NCBI GenBank assembly: GCA_051362555.1 | Contig: CM120640.1 | Coordinates: forward strand, 38,852,788 to 38,916,787 | Source of the DNA: Lingula anatina | Lineage: Eukaryota > Animalia > Brachiopoda | Reading direction: 5' to 3' | DNA length: 64,000 nt | In this document: positions 53,701 to 64,000 of the stretch, in pieces | Numbering within the stretch: position 1 is the stretch's first letter | Layout: each line of letters begins with the position of its first letter | Translations under genes and position numbers: made by a program | The notes under the pieces: generated by a model | The model's database searches: none | What the model was told of the DNA's origin: nothing | Seen by the model: the letters and a program-made list of their open reading frames with translations, nothing else

Positions 53701-56700
53701 GATAGGACATATGCACAGCATGATATGCTGAAGACAGAAAAACCTGATATCCCCGGAGCTAATATTAAACAGTTGGAGGATGCAGGTATACAGTCTGGCA
53801 AAAGAGCACATTGTGCTATTCCTGGTGAATGTTTAGAGGTAGAGAAAGGTTCTCAAGTTGCAACTCATCTCAGAAAAGAAGATAAGGAAGTTTCTCAACA
53901 GCATGAAACTGCAAGTGAAAGGACACATTCAATAAGAAAGAAACCAACTATAAAATTGAGCCTTTTAAAAGATACATTAAAAAGAAGAGAAGTGCAAAGT
54001 TCCATAGTAAAACTAGAAGCAGGTGAAATATCTGCAACAGACATCAAAAAGGAAAGTAAAACAAAACATGTTAAGATGCCTGATGATAAAATTACAGCAG
54101 TCTCAGACACTAAAGAGAAAGCAAGTGAAAACATGGTAGAGACACAGCAGAAGAAAATTGGATTACAGCAAAGAGGGGATGGTAAACAGCAGTCAAACAC
54201 AAATGTAATTGAAAGCACAAGCAAACACTCAGAGGCACTAAGACATGTGACAGTTCCAGAAAAAAATGAACTTGTAAAACAAAATTCAAGGACTTTGTCT
54301 CACGAACATGAGGGAAGCCAGATACCAGTAGTAATTCAGAAGTCTCCAAGACCAACACCACCATCTCCAGTGCTTTTGGAGGGAAATAAAATTTCAGTTC
54401 AAATAAGCCAAAGGCAAGAAAGCCCCTTCAAAAAACAAAAGTCTGTGGATGAGTCTCGTGAAGTTAAACCACTTCCTAGAAATGTAGAGAAATTTAAACT
54501 TGAAGAAAGTATTTCACCTTTGATTAAAAAAGCTCCCATGCAGCCTCTTAAACATGTGCCCAGTGTTAGTCCTTCCCTATCGCAGTCAAAGTCAGGACAA
54601 AAAATCTCACCAAAGCAAGATACACAACAAGTGTTTGTTGATAAAAGCAAAATAGGAGAAATGCTGCATTGTATACGAAAAGACATGGAAAAGAGGGAGA
54701 AAAATTATCCTGTAACTGATTACAGGGCTATTTTCACCCAGCAAGAATGCCAGAAAGATTCTAGAGAGGAGACGCCACCAGAAAGTCCCAAAGAATATGT
54801 TGAGAACCCTTTCCATGATGTCGATATGAGACCACCACCAATTATATCAGCTTCTCAAAGAGAAGAAATTCTAATTCATGAAGTTTCCAGGCGAGAATTG
54901 GTGGATCCCATAAGATTACCCTTGCAACCAGATCAAAATGTACAGAATTTTCCACCAACAGATAACAACTACCAACATCCTATACGTTTTCATCCTCCCA
55001 ACCATGAAGGGCCAAGTGCATTTCACACTGATTTTCCTAGACAGTCTCTAGCAGAATCTACTCAACATTATCACCAACCATCCATCCCCAAGAATAACTC
55101 CTCTGCCTTTTTTCAAGCCCCTTTTCCACCCTCTGGCCCTGTGGCCCATGAAAAGTCATCAGAAGTTGCAGACCCTCCCTTTCAACCTACATCTTCCAAT
55201 ATGGCTCCTGCATTTCAACATCATGGTAACCAAATGACAGAGCAAGACCAACTAGATGACTTTGGTAAGAACCAATTTGATATGTCTCACAGGCGCTTTA
55301 CTCGAATAACACCCCAGTATCAGCATGTGGATAGTTCTCCTTGCTATACATGTACAGCTACCTATAATATTGGTTATCCTTACCCAGTGTGCACTGTGCC
55401 TACTTCAACTAATATTGTTTCCTCTAGTAGCTATAGACCTGTGGTGAAACAGTCTTTTTGTGCTGCTGCTGAACAAAAATCCTTACCACCAGCTGACATT
55501 ACAAAAACTAGAAAACACAGCTATGAAGCAAGTTTTTCAGCCATACATGATATATTACATCCTAATGTTGCTGAGAAGGTTATCCCATCTACCATGTCAG
55601 CTGGTTTGCCATCATCAAATAGTTTCTATCCAAGAGTCTCTTTTGGCTGTGGTACTTCAAGTGTTGAATCAAACCCACCTTTGTCTCAATCTACTCCCAG
55701 TGATATAACAAGTTATTACGACCATAATGGAACAGCAGTGAACACTGATCCCATATACAACTTTGCTTTGGCGCCAATTAACAGAATGTCTGTGAACAAA
55801 TCTGATGAAAATGGGTCTGGGTTAGTTTCCTCTGCATCAGATATATATGTATCATCATCCATATGTACAACCTTTAACACCATACTTAGTAGTCTGAGGA
55901 GCTCAACTAGCAGTGTAACCAAGCCTGTGTTGTATGACAAGCCTATGTTGAGTGTGGCTTCAAGTCCATTGGCAACTATTACTGCTACAACTTCTACTAA
56001 TGGTGGCTTAGTACATTCTTCTTCAACAAGGACAAAGGATGTGTTCGGCAAGATGCCAGCATCTGCATCCTCTACCTCGACCACTTCTTCTGTTCAGTGT
56101 TACTCTGCTACTTCCAAGCCTAGCTCTGGTATTTAGTTTTTGTTTGCTTTTTCTAATTTTGTTATGTTTTGCCTTATTGAGTTGGAATGCTTAACTTGTG
56201 TTTTTTTCCTATTGCATCCCTTTTTTATAAGATGTGGTGTTTTATTAATTCACACTGTTGTATTCTAATTGTTTACATTTTCTTTCCTTTTAAACCATGA
56301 GATTTTGATACACATCCTTAAGTGTTTTATCTATAACATTATAATGAAAATTTAGATGAAGAATGGCTTGCTTAACAGAAATATTTTTCACATTCAAGAA
56401 TCCTATTGAGTCTTAAACATTGAATAGCATATTGTGTCCCTGAATGTTGTATTTTGCCCCTGTTTAGATCATGGGTTCAATTCTGTTTCAGAAGACGAAA
56501 TCATCCTAGAGGAGTTCACTGAAGAGAGGTGGAATGAAATGGTAAGAGCAAAGATATTATTATTTATCTTTCAATTGTTTCTCCTGTAGTATCTCCTGTA
56601 GGGATGAGCCTTTACGATTGATATTATCTGCTTATTTAATTTGCACATGAGGTCTCTCTGTACCGTAAACTTTCCAAAATGGTAGAAATAGAATAAAGTA

Positions 56701-56719
56701 ATAAGATTGACACACACAC

Positions 56720-56799
<80 letters not shown>

Positions 56800-59700
56800 T
56801 TTTTTTTTAACAAAATTGTTATCTTTCAGGGAGCAGAACTTTTAGAGGCCATTGAGATTTCTAACTGTAAGTAGTTTGGGTGAAACATTGGTTTGGTATG
56901 TTTAGTAAATGATACCAATAAAAATAAAATGTGCAAGTTTATTCCACCTTAACTTTTAAAGGGCAATATGTATAATTTTCCAAGCTGCTTCACATCTCCG
57001 TATACCAATAGACTCTGAAAATGTGATAGTTGTTAATTGGTTGAAGTTGAAATTGAGACATTAAGTCCCTGGGAAAACTCCTTTGTGCAGAAGATTGCAA
57101 GTATCATGATCAAAGGCGTTGAGGACAAATGCATGATAATTTAATCAATACATGTGCAAGTCTTGTATTTGTATTTGTAGCTGACTTGAAACATGCTGTG
57201 AAGGAAGGGATGTATGAGAGGGTGAGGAAAGCATTGAACAGCCAGAAACAGTACAACCTGGAGCAGCCTGATCAAATGGGAATGACATTAGTCATGCTTG
57301 CTGCTGCTAAAGGTAGTATTGCAAATTGAAGTCTTAGTATCTGTAACTGTCTGTATTTGTTACAGTTCCCAATACTGGTCCATTATTGATGCTATGCATA
57401 ATATCCCCCTTTTTCCTATGAATCTGTTTCCTTATTCAAAGTTAGTCAATCATTCCTTTTTATGTACAGACACAGATGTGTCTGTACATATAGCCGTCAT
57501 CTGCGTCTGTCATCGCCTTCGCCGTCGTTGCCGTCGTCGCCGTGCACTTTTACCGATAACACGATAAGTGGAAAACTGTTTTTTCTTTTTGTTTGAAACT
57601 TACAGAACTGATGAATATTCATAATACGCAGGTTGAGTTCGAAAATCAGCATGATCGGGTCACTTATATGGAATTTATGCTGTTTTTTCACTTTTTTCAG
57701 CATATATGCAGCACCGATAACACGATAAGTGGAAAACCATTTTACCTTTTGGCTTGAAACTTACAGAACTGATGAATATACATAATACGGAGGTCAAGTT
57801 TGAAAATCAGCGTGATTGGGTCATTTTTAGTGAATTTAGGCTATTTTTTCTCTTTTTTCAGCATATTTGCAGCACCGATAACACGATAAGTGGAAAACCA
57901 TTTTACCTTTCGGCTTGAAACTTACAGAACTGATAAATATTCTTAATACGCAGGTCAAGTTTGAAAATCAGCACGATCTGGTCACTTATAGGGAATTTAT
58001 GCTGTTTTTTCACTTTTTTCAGTATATATGCAACACTGATAACACAATATAAGAAAAACAGATTGGCCAATTGTCATTATACTCACAGGAGGGGCCAATC
58101 TTACTAAAACGCAGGTTGAGTTTGAAAATCAGCATAATCAGTCCATTATTTTAGAAGTTATGCTGTTTTTTCACATTTCCTCACATTCAATTCTTAGGCA
58201 TGTTAACAGTCTCATTATTGAACTAATAAGATACGTAAAAGTGTTTGTTTGACATTTCCTGCATCTTTACAACATTGTTAGTTGATTTTTTAAAAATGAT
58301 GGTAAACTTGTTATCATGTATTGTGTAATAAAGTGTCAAAAATGGAAATAAACTCATATCATTGCAGTTTGTCAGATGCATTCATCCACTATGTTCAGAA
58401 TCTCAGAATGGAGGAAGTTGGACATTTAACACTGTTCTATTGATACTTTTCCCATCTCATCAATTTTCTTCATTGGTCATATAAAAATGGCAGTAAACTG
58501 TTTATTTTGTTTTATGTTAAAAAAGTGTTAAAAATGGAAATAAACCCATTTCAGAACAGTGCTGTCTTGTTTACATTTTGGCATTTTCAATATGTGACTT
58601 TGAAGTTCCATGGGCCTGAAGACTTTTGCTTGTCACATTTTCTGAATAACCATGATACTAATATTTTATAATTAAAAATTGATGGTCATTATGCTGTAAA
58701 ACATTATGTAATATTGCATCAAAATGTGAAGAAACCCCTATTTTGGGCACTGCTCCCATGATGACCATTTAAGGAAAATCATGTCACTTACTGTTCTTTA
58801 ACTTACAGGAAAGAGACATGGGACTAAAATACAGCTTCAGTAGGCAATGCAGTCTGTTTGGTAAATTTTTCTGGCAATTAAACAGTTTTTTGTGAAAATT
58901 TAATTTTTCACATATTGGCATTTCCAAGGTGTGACTTCGAACCTCCACGGGCTTGAAGACCCATGCTAGTCACATTTTGTGAAAATCCATGACACTTATA
59001 TTTTATTATTAATAATCGATGGTCATTATGCTGTTAAGCATTATGTAATGTTGCATCAAAATAGAAGAAAACACAATTTTTGGTGCTGCTGCCTTGATGA
59101 CCATTATGGGAAAACCGTGTTACTTATGACTGTCAAACTTTCAAAAAAGAAACACAGGACTAAAATGCAGCCTGAGTTAGAAAAGCAGTCTAATTGGCTT
59201 CTTTTTCTGGAAGTTATACATTTTAGTGTAATATTCATTATCTTTTTGGCATATTCATTGTGGGACTCGGAGCTCCCATGGACATGAAGCCAAATGGTAA
59301 TCATATTTTCTACATGTCCATCCTATTTATAGTCAATAAACAAAAATTGGTGATAATTATTCTCTAATTTATTATGTAATGTTACATCAAAATTGACAAC
59401 AATCTTTTTGCACTGCTACTGCAAACATTATGAAAAGAAAACTGTGCCACTTATTATAATTTTAAACTTACAAGTACGATTTTTAGGATTGGCCTTCAGC
59501 TCATGAGAAAACCAGCTCTATTGGATTATCATGTTTATTGTATTTATGCATTTTTTGTGAAATTTTCATTTTTCTCATTCTGGCACTTTCTAAGTATAAA
59601 CTTGAACTCTGATGGGCCTGGAGCCTTATGCTTTTACTTTCGTCTGTGTTACCTGTTGTGCATAAGTTGATGTTGACTGTGCAGTTAAACATAATGTATT

Positions 59701-60874
59701 ATTGCATCAGGATTGGTAGTCTCCTATTTTGGGCATTATGGTTTTGTGCTTTTCTTAAGGTGTGACTTATGGGCCTGAAGACCTTTGAGTGGGTCAGTCT
59801 GTAAATTACCCTTGGGTATCACTAGATTAATTTCAGAGTTATAAAGTCATTTGCTTTAATAGGCCATTAAATGAGATTACGTAAAGCACACTTGTTGATA
59901 TTTCCCTGTAAACTCCCAAAGGTAAAGCTCTCTGATAGATTAATAATAAGGAAGCAGCGATAATTATGCAGGTAAATTTTGTTTAATATTGCAAATAAGT
60001 TTTAAATATATATATATATATATATCAAACTGGAAGATTAAAAGTTTGAATAGCATCTTCATTGGAATTATATTTACCTCAAGCTCTGCCAAGGAGGTTA
60101 TATTTTCACCCCTGTTTGTCTGTCATCCACATAACACAAAAAAGTTATGGACCAATTTTGCAGAAATTTTCAGGAACTGTCGGAAGTGGGCCAAAGAGGA
60201 CAATGATTAATTTTTGGTGGTGGTCCGGATCAATAATCAATCAATTATCAATAATAATCAACAATTGCTGCCTTGGCAGAGGTCTGCACTCTCAAAGTGC
60301 TTTTCTAGTTTTGTTGTTTTCCTTTATAATTTTTTCTCAAACACTTGCATTTGTGACTTTTAACTTTCATCTGCCTGGGGCTCTGCACATTTTCTGTATT
60401 TCTACATAAGCAGTTGTATTGTTTTTTATGTCTTTAAACATTATGTAATATTATTTTATGCACTGTCATCATTTTTCAAATATTGAGACTTTCATAATGT
60501 GAATTTGAACTCTCATGGTCCTGAAACTGTAAACTTATTGAAGGGGTGGATTGAGACCATCTTCTGGGTCTTCCGGAAGACAGTCAGGTTATTAAGTTTA
60601 TATTGACTGGTATCTATTTTTTTCTGTTGGAAGACCATCAAAATGGAGGATGGATCAACATAGATACTTTGTAATACTGTCAGAAAATATCTCTGGGTCT
60701 GCTCCTGTTATTGACCATGTTACCTGTTGTGCAAGATTAAAATTCAGTGTTGACTGACAGTGCTATTATAAGCATTATTTATTATTGCATCAAAATTGAC
60801 AAAATGACCTTTTTTGCATCTTTATTTTCTGTTTTTTGTCTGTACATTTGACAGCTTTGCTGCCTTGTTTTTAT

Positions 60875-60908
<34 letters not shown>

Positions 60909-63851
60909 TAATAATCTTTTAAGATTATTATGGAGGATATCCATCTATGAATGCATATGTGATCTGATAGCAAGCACAGATTTCAGAATAATTGCAATAG
61001 CTGCCGTTATGGTGGCAAAAAGGAATTTATTCTATATTTATGTGCTGTTTACAACATATTTATGGAATATTGAATCTCATATGAAGAGTTGTTACCCATC
61101 AAGTCCTTATAATGAAAAAATGATTGAGTTTATTTCATGCAAAATTAATTCTGATATTTTTTACATTTCAAGTACAACATTGAAACAATTTTATCATTAT
61201 TTGCTAGGGTTTGATGACCTGGTGGAGTTATTAGTTATTAATGGTGCTAACATGAATGCCAAGGCAAAGACGGGCAACACTCCACTGATGTTTGCTGCAG
61301 AGAATGTAAGTTAACAGGCAATTGATTTTTTTCTTTCTTTCTTTCTTTTTTTTTCTCTGTGCAGCTATTTCTATTTTATTCAAAATGTTCTATTTTTGAG
61401 ATATATTGGTTATTATTATTATTGTTATTTTTTGTCACTCTTTCCCATGCTGTTATGTTCTTCAATTTATTGAGGTTTGGGAATTAGATTGCAAACCTAA
61501 TATGAAATTGCTGTGTATTTTTTAGGGTCACCTTTGTACTGTGGCAGTACTTCTGGCATTAGGAGCTCACATCAACATCCAAAATGGCAGTCAGGAAACT
61601 GCACTCATCAAGGTGAGGTTATAAGTCCCATGACTAGTCAGATTGAGGAACAAATAATATGCATGCTTGTAAGTGATATGTAAAATTTTGTCTTTAAAAG
61701 CTGACACGACACACATTAATATCTTTTGAGAAAATGATGTCTTGTTGAACACACCAAACAGCCTTGTTCAACATTCGCATATATTTCCATAACTTGCAGG
61801 CTACAAAGAAAGGGCACAACCAAATTGTGAAAATGCTGTTAGAAAATGGCGCAGACTTTTCAGCTGAGAATGCCACTGGGAATACTGCATTGAAGTATGC
61901 CAAACTTCTCAACAGTGTGGAACTTCAGGCCACTATCAACCAACATGTGAAGAAGTAGGGGTCTCTTTTCTTCTTTCCCATTTTTGTTCATGCTTTAGCA
62001 ATATGTTTTGGTTTCTGTTAGTTTGGTTTTAATGTGGATTAGATGAATGATTAGATAAATCTGGTATGGGAGAAAATATTATCACTGTAAAACAGGTTTT
62101 ATCACAACATTGGTCTTTTTTCTTTTTAACTATTTAATAGAATACAATGCATAATTATATTATAAGAAAAAAATATATATAACTTTTGAAGAAATACATT
62201 TTTGTTAAAAGTTTGCATTTCAAATATTTACTTAAGACTGATGATTTTGTTCTATTCCAAATTAGACTTACAGCTCTTTTCACCCAGCAAGTTTACCTGA
62301 CAATGAACAATACTGCAGAGACTGTGTGCTCTTTGTTTCCACTTCATGTTCTCCCACTGAATGAAGGGGACAAATTTGTCATACACTTTAACCATGAACT
62401 ACAACCAACAGTTCCAGGTTTGAACACTTTTTGTCTTGAACATTAGACTTGTTACTATTAAATATCTCTGTATTTATTCAAAAGGTTCTTTTTTCAATGA
62501 ATTTCAATATGAGAAAATAATCTAATAATTCTTCTTTTTGTCAATGAATACATTTATAGTACGTGGTATGTAAAGATTTTGACAACCTGGTATTTGTAAG
62601 TGTTAAACTTGTTAAACATTTATGACTACCTTTTTCTTTTGCCACCGGAAAAATTAGTTTGGCTGGCATTTAAAACAGATTATGTGCACAACCTATTTGC
62701 AGGGAATAGTTTATGGGTCTGTGTCTTATTTTCATTTGCAGGTGTGGGTATGCTTCTGTTTGTGGCACATGCCCGTATTACACCTCAGGAGACCAAGTGT
62801 AGATTGTCAGGACCATGTGCTGTGAAGACTGCCATCTTAAATGGGGTGGCACAGCCAACATTGACAGATGTGAGTTCTCATTTATTTAAACATTTAGAAA
62901 ATGTTCCATTAACTATAAGACAAAATTAAAGTAAAAATTCAAGAATGAGTATGTGATACAATTTGATAAATGTAATGAAAAGTCAGGCCCATAGGTTGGA
63001 GGTTAGACATAAAAGGTCCACTCTGAATCTAAATTGTATCTAGGTTCTGTGCAATTTCTCAAATTGGGTCAACTAAGGGGGAAACGTCCACTTTTCCAAC
63101 CTCACATGTAATGTACTATTCAGGAAATTCTGTTATAGTGTAAGTCTGTTATACGCAGGTAATGTTCTTTGTTGTTATACAGAACCAGGACTTCCAGATT
63201 CTGTATGTTATAGATGAGTGCCCAGTTTATGTGAGGCCATTATATACAAGGTCTACTTTATAATGCATTGTCAAGCACAAGACACCAGAAGTTATGTGAT
63301 ATACAGTGGCACTACTTGAGATAATTCTTTCCTTAAGTTAACTTTTTTTTCGGTAGATACAATGAATAATTTCTTTTTTTCTAGGAAGGTCAGTTTGTGC
63401 TGTCTTTCAGCCCACTACACAATGGAAGAAATGAGCTCATAATTCATACAGTTTATGCACCCGCTTCACGAGTAAGTTTTGTAAACTTAAGTGATTCTTA
63501 TGGCTCTTCTTATTAATACTTGATTTGTCAGCCTGATCCTGAATATGGAAACCATATGATTTATGTACTTTGTAAAAGATTCTTTAAGCATTTCTTTCTT
63601 TTCTATTGATATGTTGATAACTGACATGTTAATTTTTAGTTGCATAAGTTTCTTGTTTATATTGAAGTTCTAAATTATATTGTTTCATTACAAATTTAGA
63701 AAACAAAATGAAAGCTCTATTGATAAAATTAAAACAAACTTCAGGGTAAATTGGTTGAGATTGGAAATTTTCCATATGATCTTATTTATTCTAGGCCAAG
63801 TTGGTGGTTGGTGCATATAAAGCCAAACTGTTACCAAACAGTGAGCAGTAA
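37177..63851 (+). CDS. MPHOSPH8: M-phase phosphoprotein 8 (MPP8) ortholog: chromodomain, long linker, ankyrin repeats, MPP8 C-terminal domain; complete 15-exon model
   Basis: Chromodomain DIYEVEKIVGMSVSPQ|GSRLYKVRWAGYSPSWDTWEPQDNL. The ankyrin and C-terminal exons (LKHAVKEGMYERVRKALNSQKQYNLEQPDQMGMTLVMLAAAKG; GMLLFVAHA..CRLSGPCAVKTAILNG; FVLSFSPL..N.L.I..; AKLVVGAYKAKL) match recalled human MPP8 (ALNSNEEYNLDQEDSSGMTLVMLAAAGG; GILLFIFHA..ARLCGPCSVQAVVLN; FVYSFSP..; KLLIGAYRVQL). Confidence 0.9.
37305..38239. mobile_element. Non-autonomous foldback DNA transposon (427-bp inverted arms, 81-bp spacer, 8-bp TSD CAGGTAAG)
   Basis: 37305-37731 is the reverse complement of 37813-38239 with only a few mismatches (ORF 37355..37558- and the C-terminal part of 37932..38189+ encode the same peptide). 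Termini are CACGCTCGGCTG...CAGCCGAGCGTG; CAGGTAAG flanks both sides (37297-37304, 38240-38247). Confidence 0.92.
39395..41472 (+). mobile_element. Internally deleted Sola2-like DNA transposon
   Basis: TIRs GGGTCAAAACACGGTA / TACCGTGTTTTGACCC with ATAT on both flanks (4-bp TSD). Repeated subterminal motif TGTCTCTGACGGGACA occurs in both orientations (~39571, 39740, 39909, 39929, 41265, 41433). Transposase remnant inside. Confidence 0.8.
40229..41113 (+). pseudogene. Degenerate DDE transposase fragment (Sola2-type) with a C-terminal Tudor/SH3-like segment
   Basis: Motifs HYWSDG..SQFKS and FYTTAHGKGPVDGIIGEMKH in ORF 40229..40759. A second ORF 40778..41113 follows (GNFVIAEF..FLGQV..VKVSFLR..FVYPATEDKAWI). 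The N-terminus is missing and a stop separates the two ORFs. Superfamily assignment rests on recalled motifs. Confidence 0.72.
42953..43221. mobile_element. Palindromic MITE, copy 4 (more diverged)
   Basis: Starts taagactgggttccc; contains ctaaattgc..cagcttaa and aattacacctttacag..gacagacatctaagcc. Confidence 0.6.
43726..43893. mobile_element. ~168-bp MITE with CAGGGG...CCCCTG termini and 6-bp TSD (CTTCCT)
   Basis: Imperfect TIRs; CTTCCT at 43720-43725 and 43894-43899; homologous copy at 60541-60707. Confidence 0.8.
45212..45367 (+). CDS. MPHOSPH8: MPP8-like exon 2 (chromodomain core)
   Basis: tttcag acceptor; GSRLYKVRWAGYSPSWDTWEPQDNLLSCLDMIEDY; 156 nt; GTAAAT donor. Aromatic cage residues (Y in exon 1, W and Y here) are present. 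Confidence 0.93.
45684..46538 (+). CDS. MPHOSPH8: MPP8-like exon 3 (K/E-rich linker)
   Basis: ttacag acceptor in frame with ORF 45726..46544; AGG|GTATGA donor; 855 nt. Confidence 0.85.
47329..47362 (+). CDS. MPHOSPH8: MPP8-like micro-exon 4 (IKLDEDPGIKI, phase 0 to 1)
   Basis: ttccag acceptor and A|GTGAGT donor. It supplies the phase shift needed to join exon 3 (phase 0) to the phase-1 acceptors at 48050 and 56468. Confidence 0.75.
48050..56128 (+). CDS. MPHOSPH8: MPP8-like giant exon (8,079 nt, 2,693 codons, low-complexity S/T/E/K/P-rich, probably disordered)
   Basis: Uninterrupted 2708-codon ORF 48010..56136. Strong acceptor ttctttttcag at 48049 in phase 1, and a candidate phase-1 donor G|GTATTT at 56128/56129 just before the stop. 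Confidence 0.75.
49762..51687 (+). repeat. In-frame coding tandem repeat in the giant exon: five 306-nt (102-aa) units plus three extra 132-nt (44-aa) sub-units
   Basis: The motif gctctgtctgctaattc starts at 49762, 50068, 50770, 51076 and 51382 (spacing 306, 702=306+3x132, 306, 306). The peptide KTQSTTSKTETNQASQHVQPLSEMAEKQSDNRVDSKEIMTET is repeated. Confidence 0.95.
56468..57312 (+). CDS. MPHOSPH8: MPP8-like exons 56468-56541, 56830-56866, 57181-57312 (entry into ankyrin domain)
   Basis: DHGFNSVSEDEIILEEFTEERWNEM|GAELLEAIEISN|SDLKHAVKEGMYERVRKALNSQKQYNLEQPDQMGMTLVMLAAAK; phases 1-0-1-1 are continuous. Confidence 0.85.
56722..56795. repeat. (TA)n microsatellite
   Basis: Long pure AT run. 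Other simple repeats: (TA)n 41733-41773, (TAAA)n 29888-29934, poly-A 5199-5228, poly-T ~60876-60907. Confidence 0.95.
60072..60310. mobile_element. Short Helentron-type MITE (CTCTGCCAAGG...CCTTGGCAGAG...CTAGTT) nested in the large element
   Basis: Inverted subTIRs CTCTGCCAAGG / CCTTGGCAGAG and a terminal gcactctcaaagtgc palindrome followed by ctagtt. A related relic lies at ~19095-19146. Confidence 0.7.
60541..60707. mobile_element. Second copy of the 6-bp-TSD MITE (TSD TTATTG)
   Basis: Aligns with 43726-43893; TTATTG at 60535-60540 and 60708-60713. Confidence 0.8.
61208..61954 (+). CDS. MPHOSPH8: MPP8-like ankyrin-repeat exons 61208-61305, 61526-61612, 61800-61954
   Basis: GFDDLVELLVINGANMNAKAKTGNTPLMFAAEN|GHLCTVAVLLALGAHINIQNGSQETALIK|ATKKGHNQIVKMLLENGADFSAENATGNTALKYA fits the ankyrin-repeat consensus. 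Confidence 0.93.
62266..63851 (+). CDS. MPHOSPH8: MPP8-like C-terminal domain exons 62266-62417, 62742-62869, 63385-63471, 63795-63851 (stop TAA)
   Basis: LFPLHVLPLNEGDKFVIHFNH..PG|VGMLLFVAHARITPQETKCRLSGPCAVKTAILNG..|EGQFVLSFSPLHNGRNELIIHTVYAPASR|AKLVVGAYKAKLLPNSEQ*; collinear with the recalled human MPP8 C-terminus. Confidence 0.9.
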
Positions 63852-64000
63852 CTCTCTATAAGTATTAGGAATACCCCCACTTTATTTAAATACACAAGTT
63901 TGTTGTAGACATGTCATAGTGTAGTTTATTTTTTCCTTTAATTCTGGGATTTAATGATTTGTTCCCAACTTGTTTCATTTAAAATGTAGCATTCTCGTAT

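Larger units (their letters stand above)
57457..60870 (-). mobile_element. Large HINE/Helentron-like element (different family) with ~161-bp tandem repeats and nested insertions
   Basis: Hairpin ATGTACAGACAC-AGAT-GTGTCTGTACAT at 57462-57489, then a (CGT/CGC)n tract and repeats starting at 57554, 57714, 57875 and 58036. Matching subTIR GTCTGTACAT at 60838-60847 is followed by a small palindrome and a CTTGTT end. Confidence 0.7.

Noticed and set aside
48102-56084. Many minus-strand ORFs of 60-220 aa within the giant exon
   Set aside because: Antisense shadows of a long, codon-biased, repetitive plus-strand ORF.
48010-56136. 2708-aa ORF as an independent mucin-like or viral/TE gene
   Set aside because: It starts at TTG with no signal peptide or recognisable enzymatic domain, has a strong in-phase splice acceptor at 48049, and lies between exons of one MPP8 gene on the same strand.

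Overview
AT-rich animal genomic DNA, probably from an invertebrate (mollusc/lophotrochozoan-like repeats; the taxon is an inference). Two multi-exon genes lie head-to-head with only 207 bp between their start codons. UTP20 (SSU processome HEAT-repeat protein) is on the minus strand, from ATG 36969 through about 50 exons and off the left edge. A complete MPP8/MPHOSPH8-like gene (chromodomain + ankyrin repeats + MPP8 C-terminal domain; a HUSH-complex subunit in vertebrates) is on the plus strand at 37177..63851. Its two most unusual features: (1) an 8,079-nt phase-1/phase-1 'giant exon' (48050..56128) between the chromodomain and the ankyrin repeats, which can be skipped in frame (predicted about 724 aa without it, about 3,417 aa with it); (2) a 935-bp foldback transposon with 427-bp near-perfect inverted arms inserted in the exon-1 splice donor, duplicating CAG|GTAAG as its 8-bp target-site duplication (TSD). 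The introns also hold a deleted Sola2-like DNA transposon, three Helentron/HINE-like elements with internal tandem repeats, a solo LTR, MITE families, a LINE fragment and a duplicated splice-acceptor segment. All exon models were built by hand from splice signals, phase continuity and recalled human protein sequences; no database search was run.
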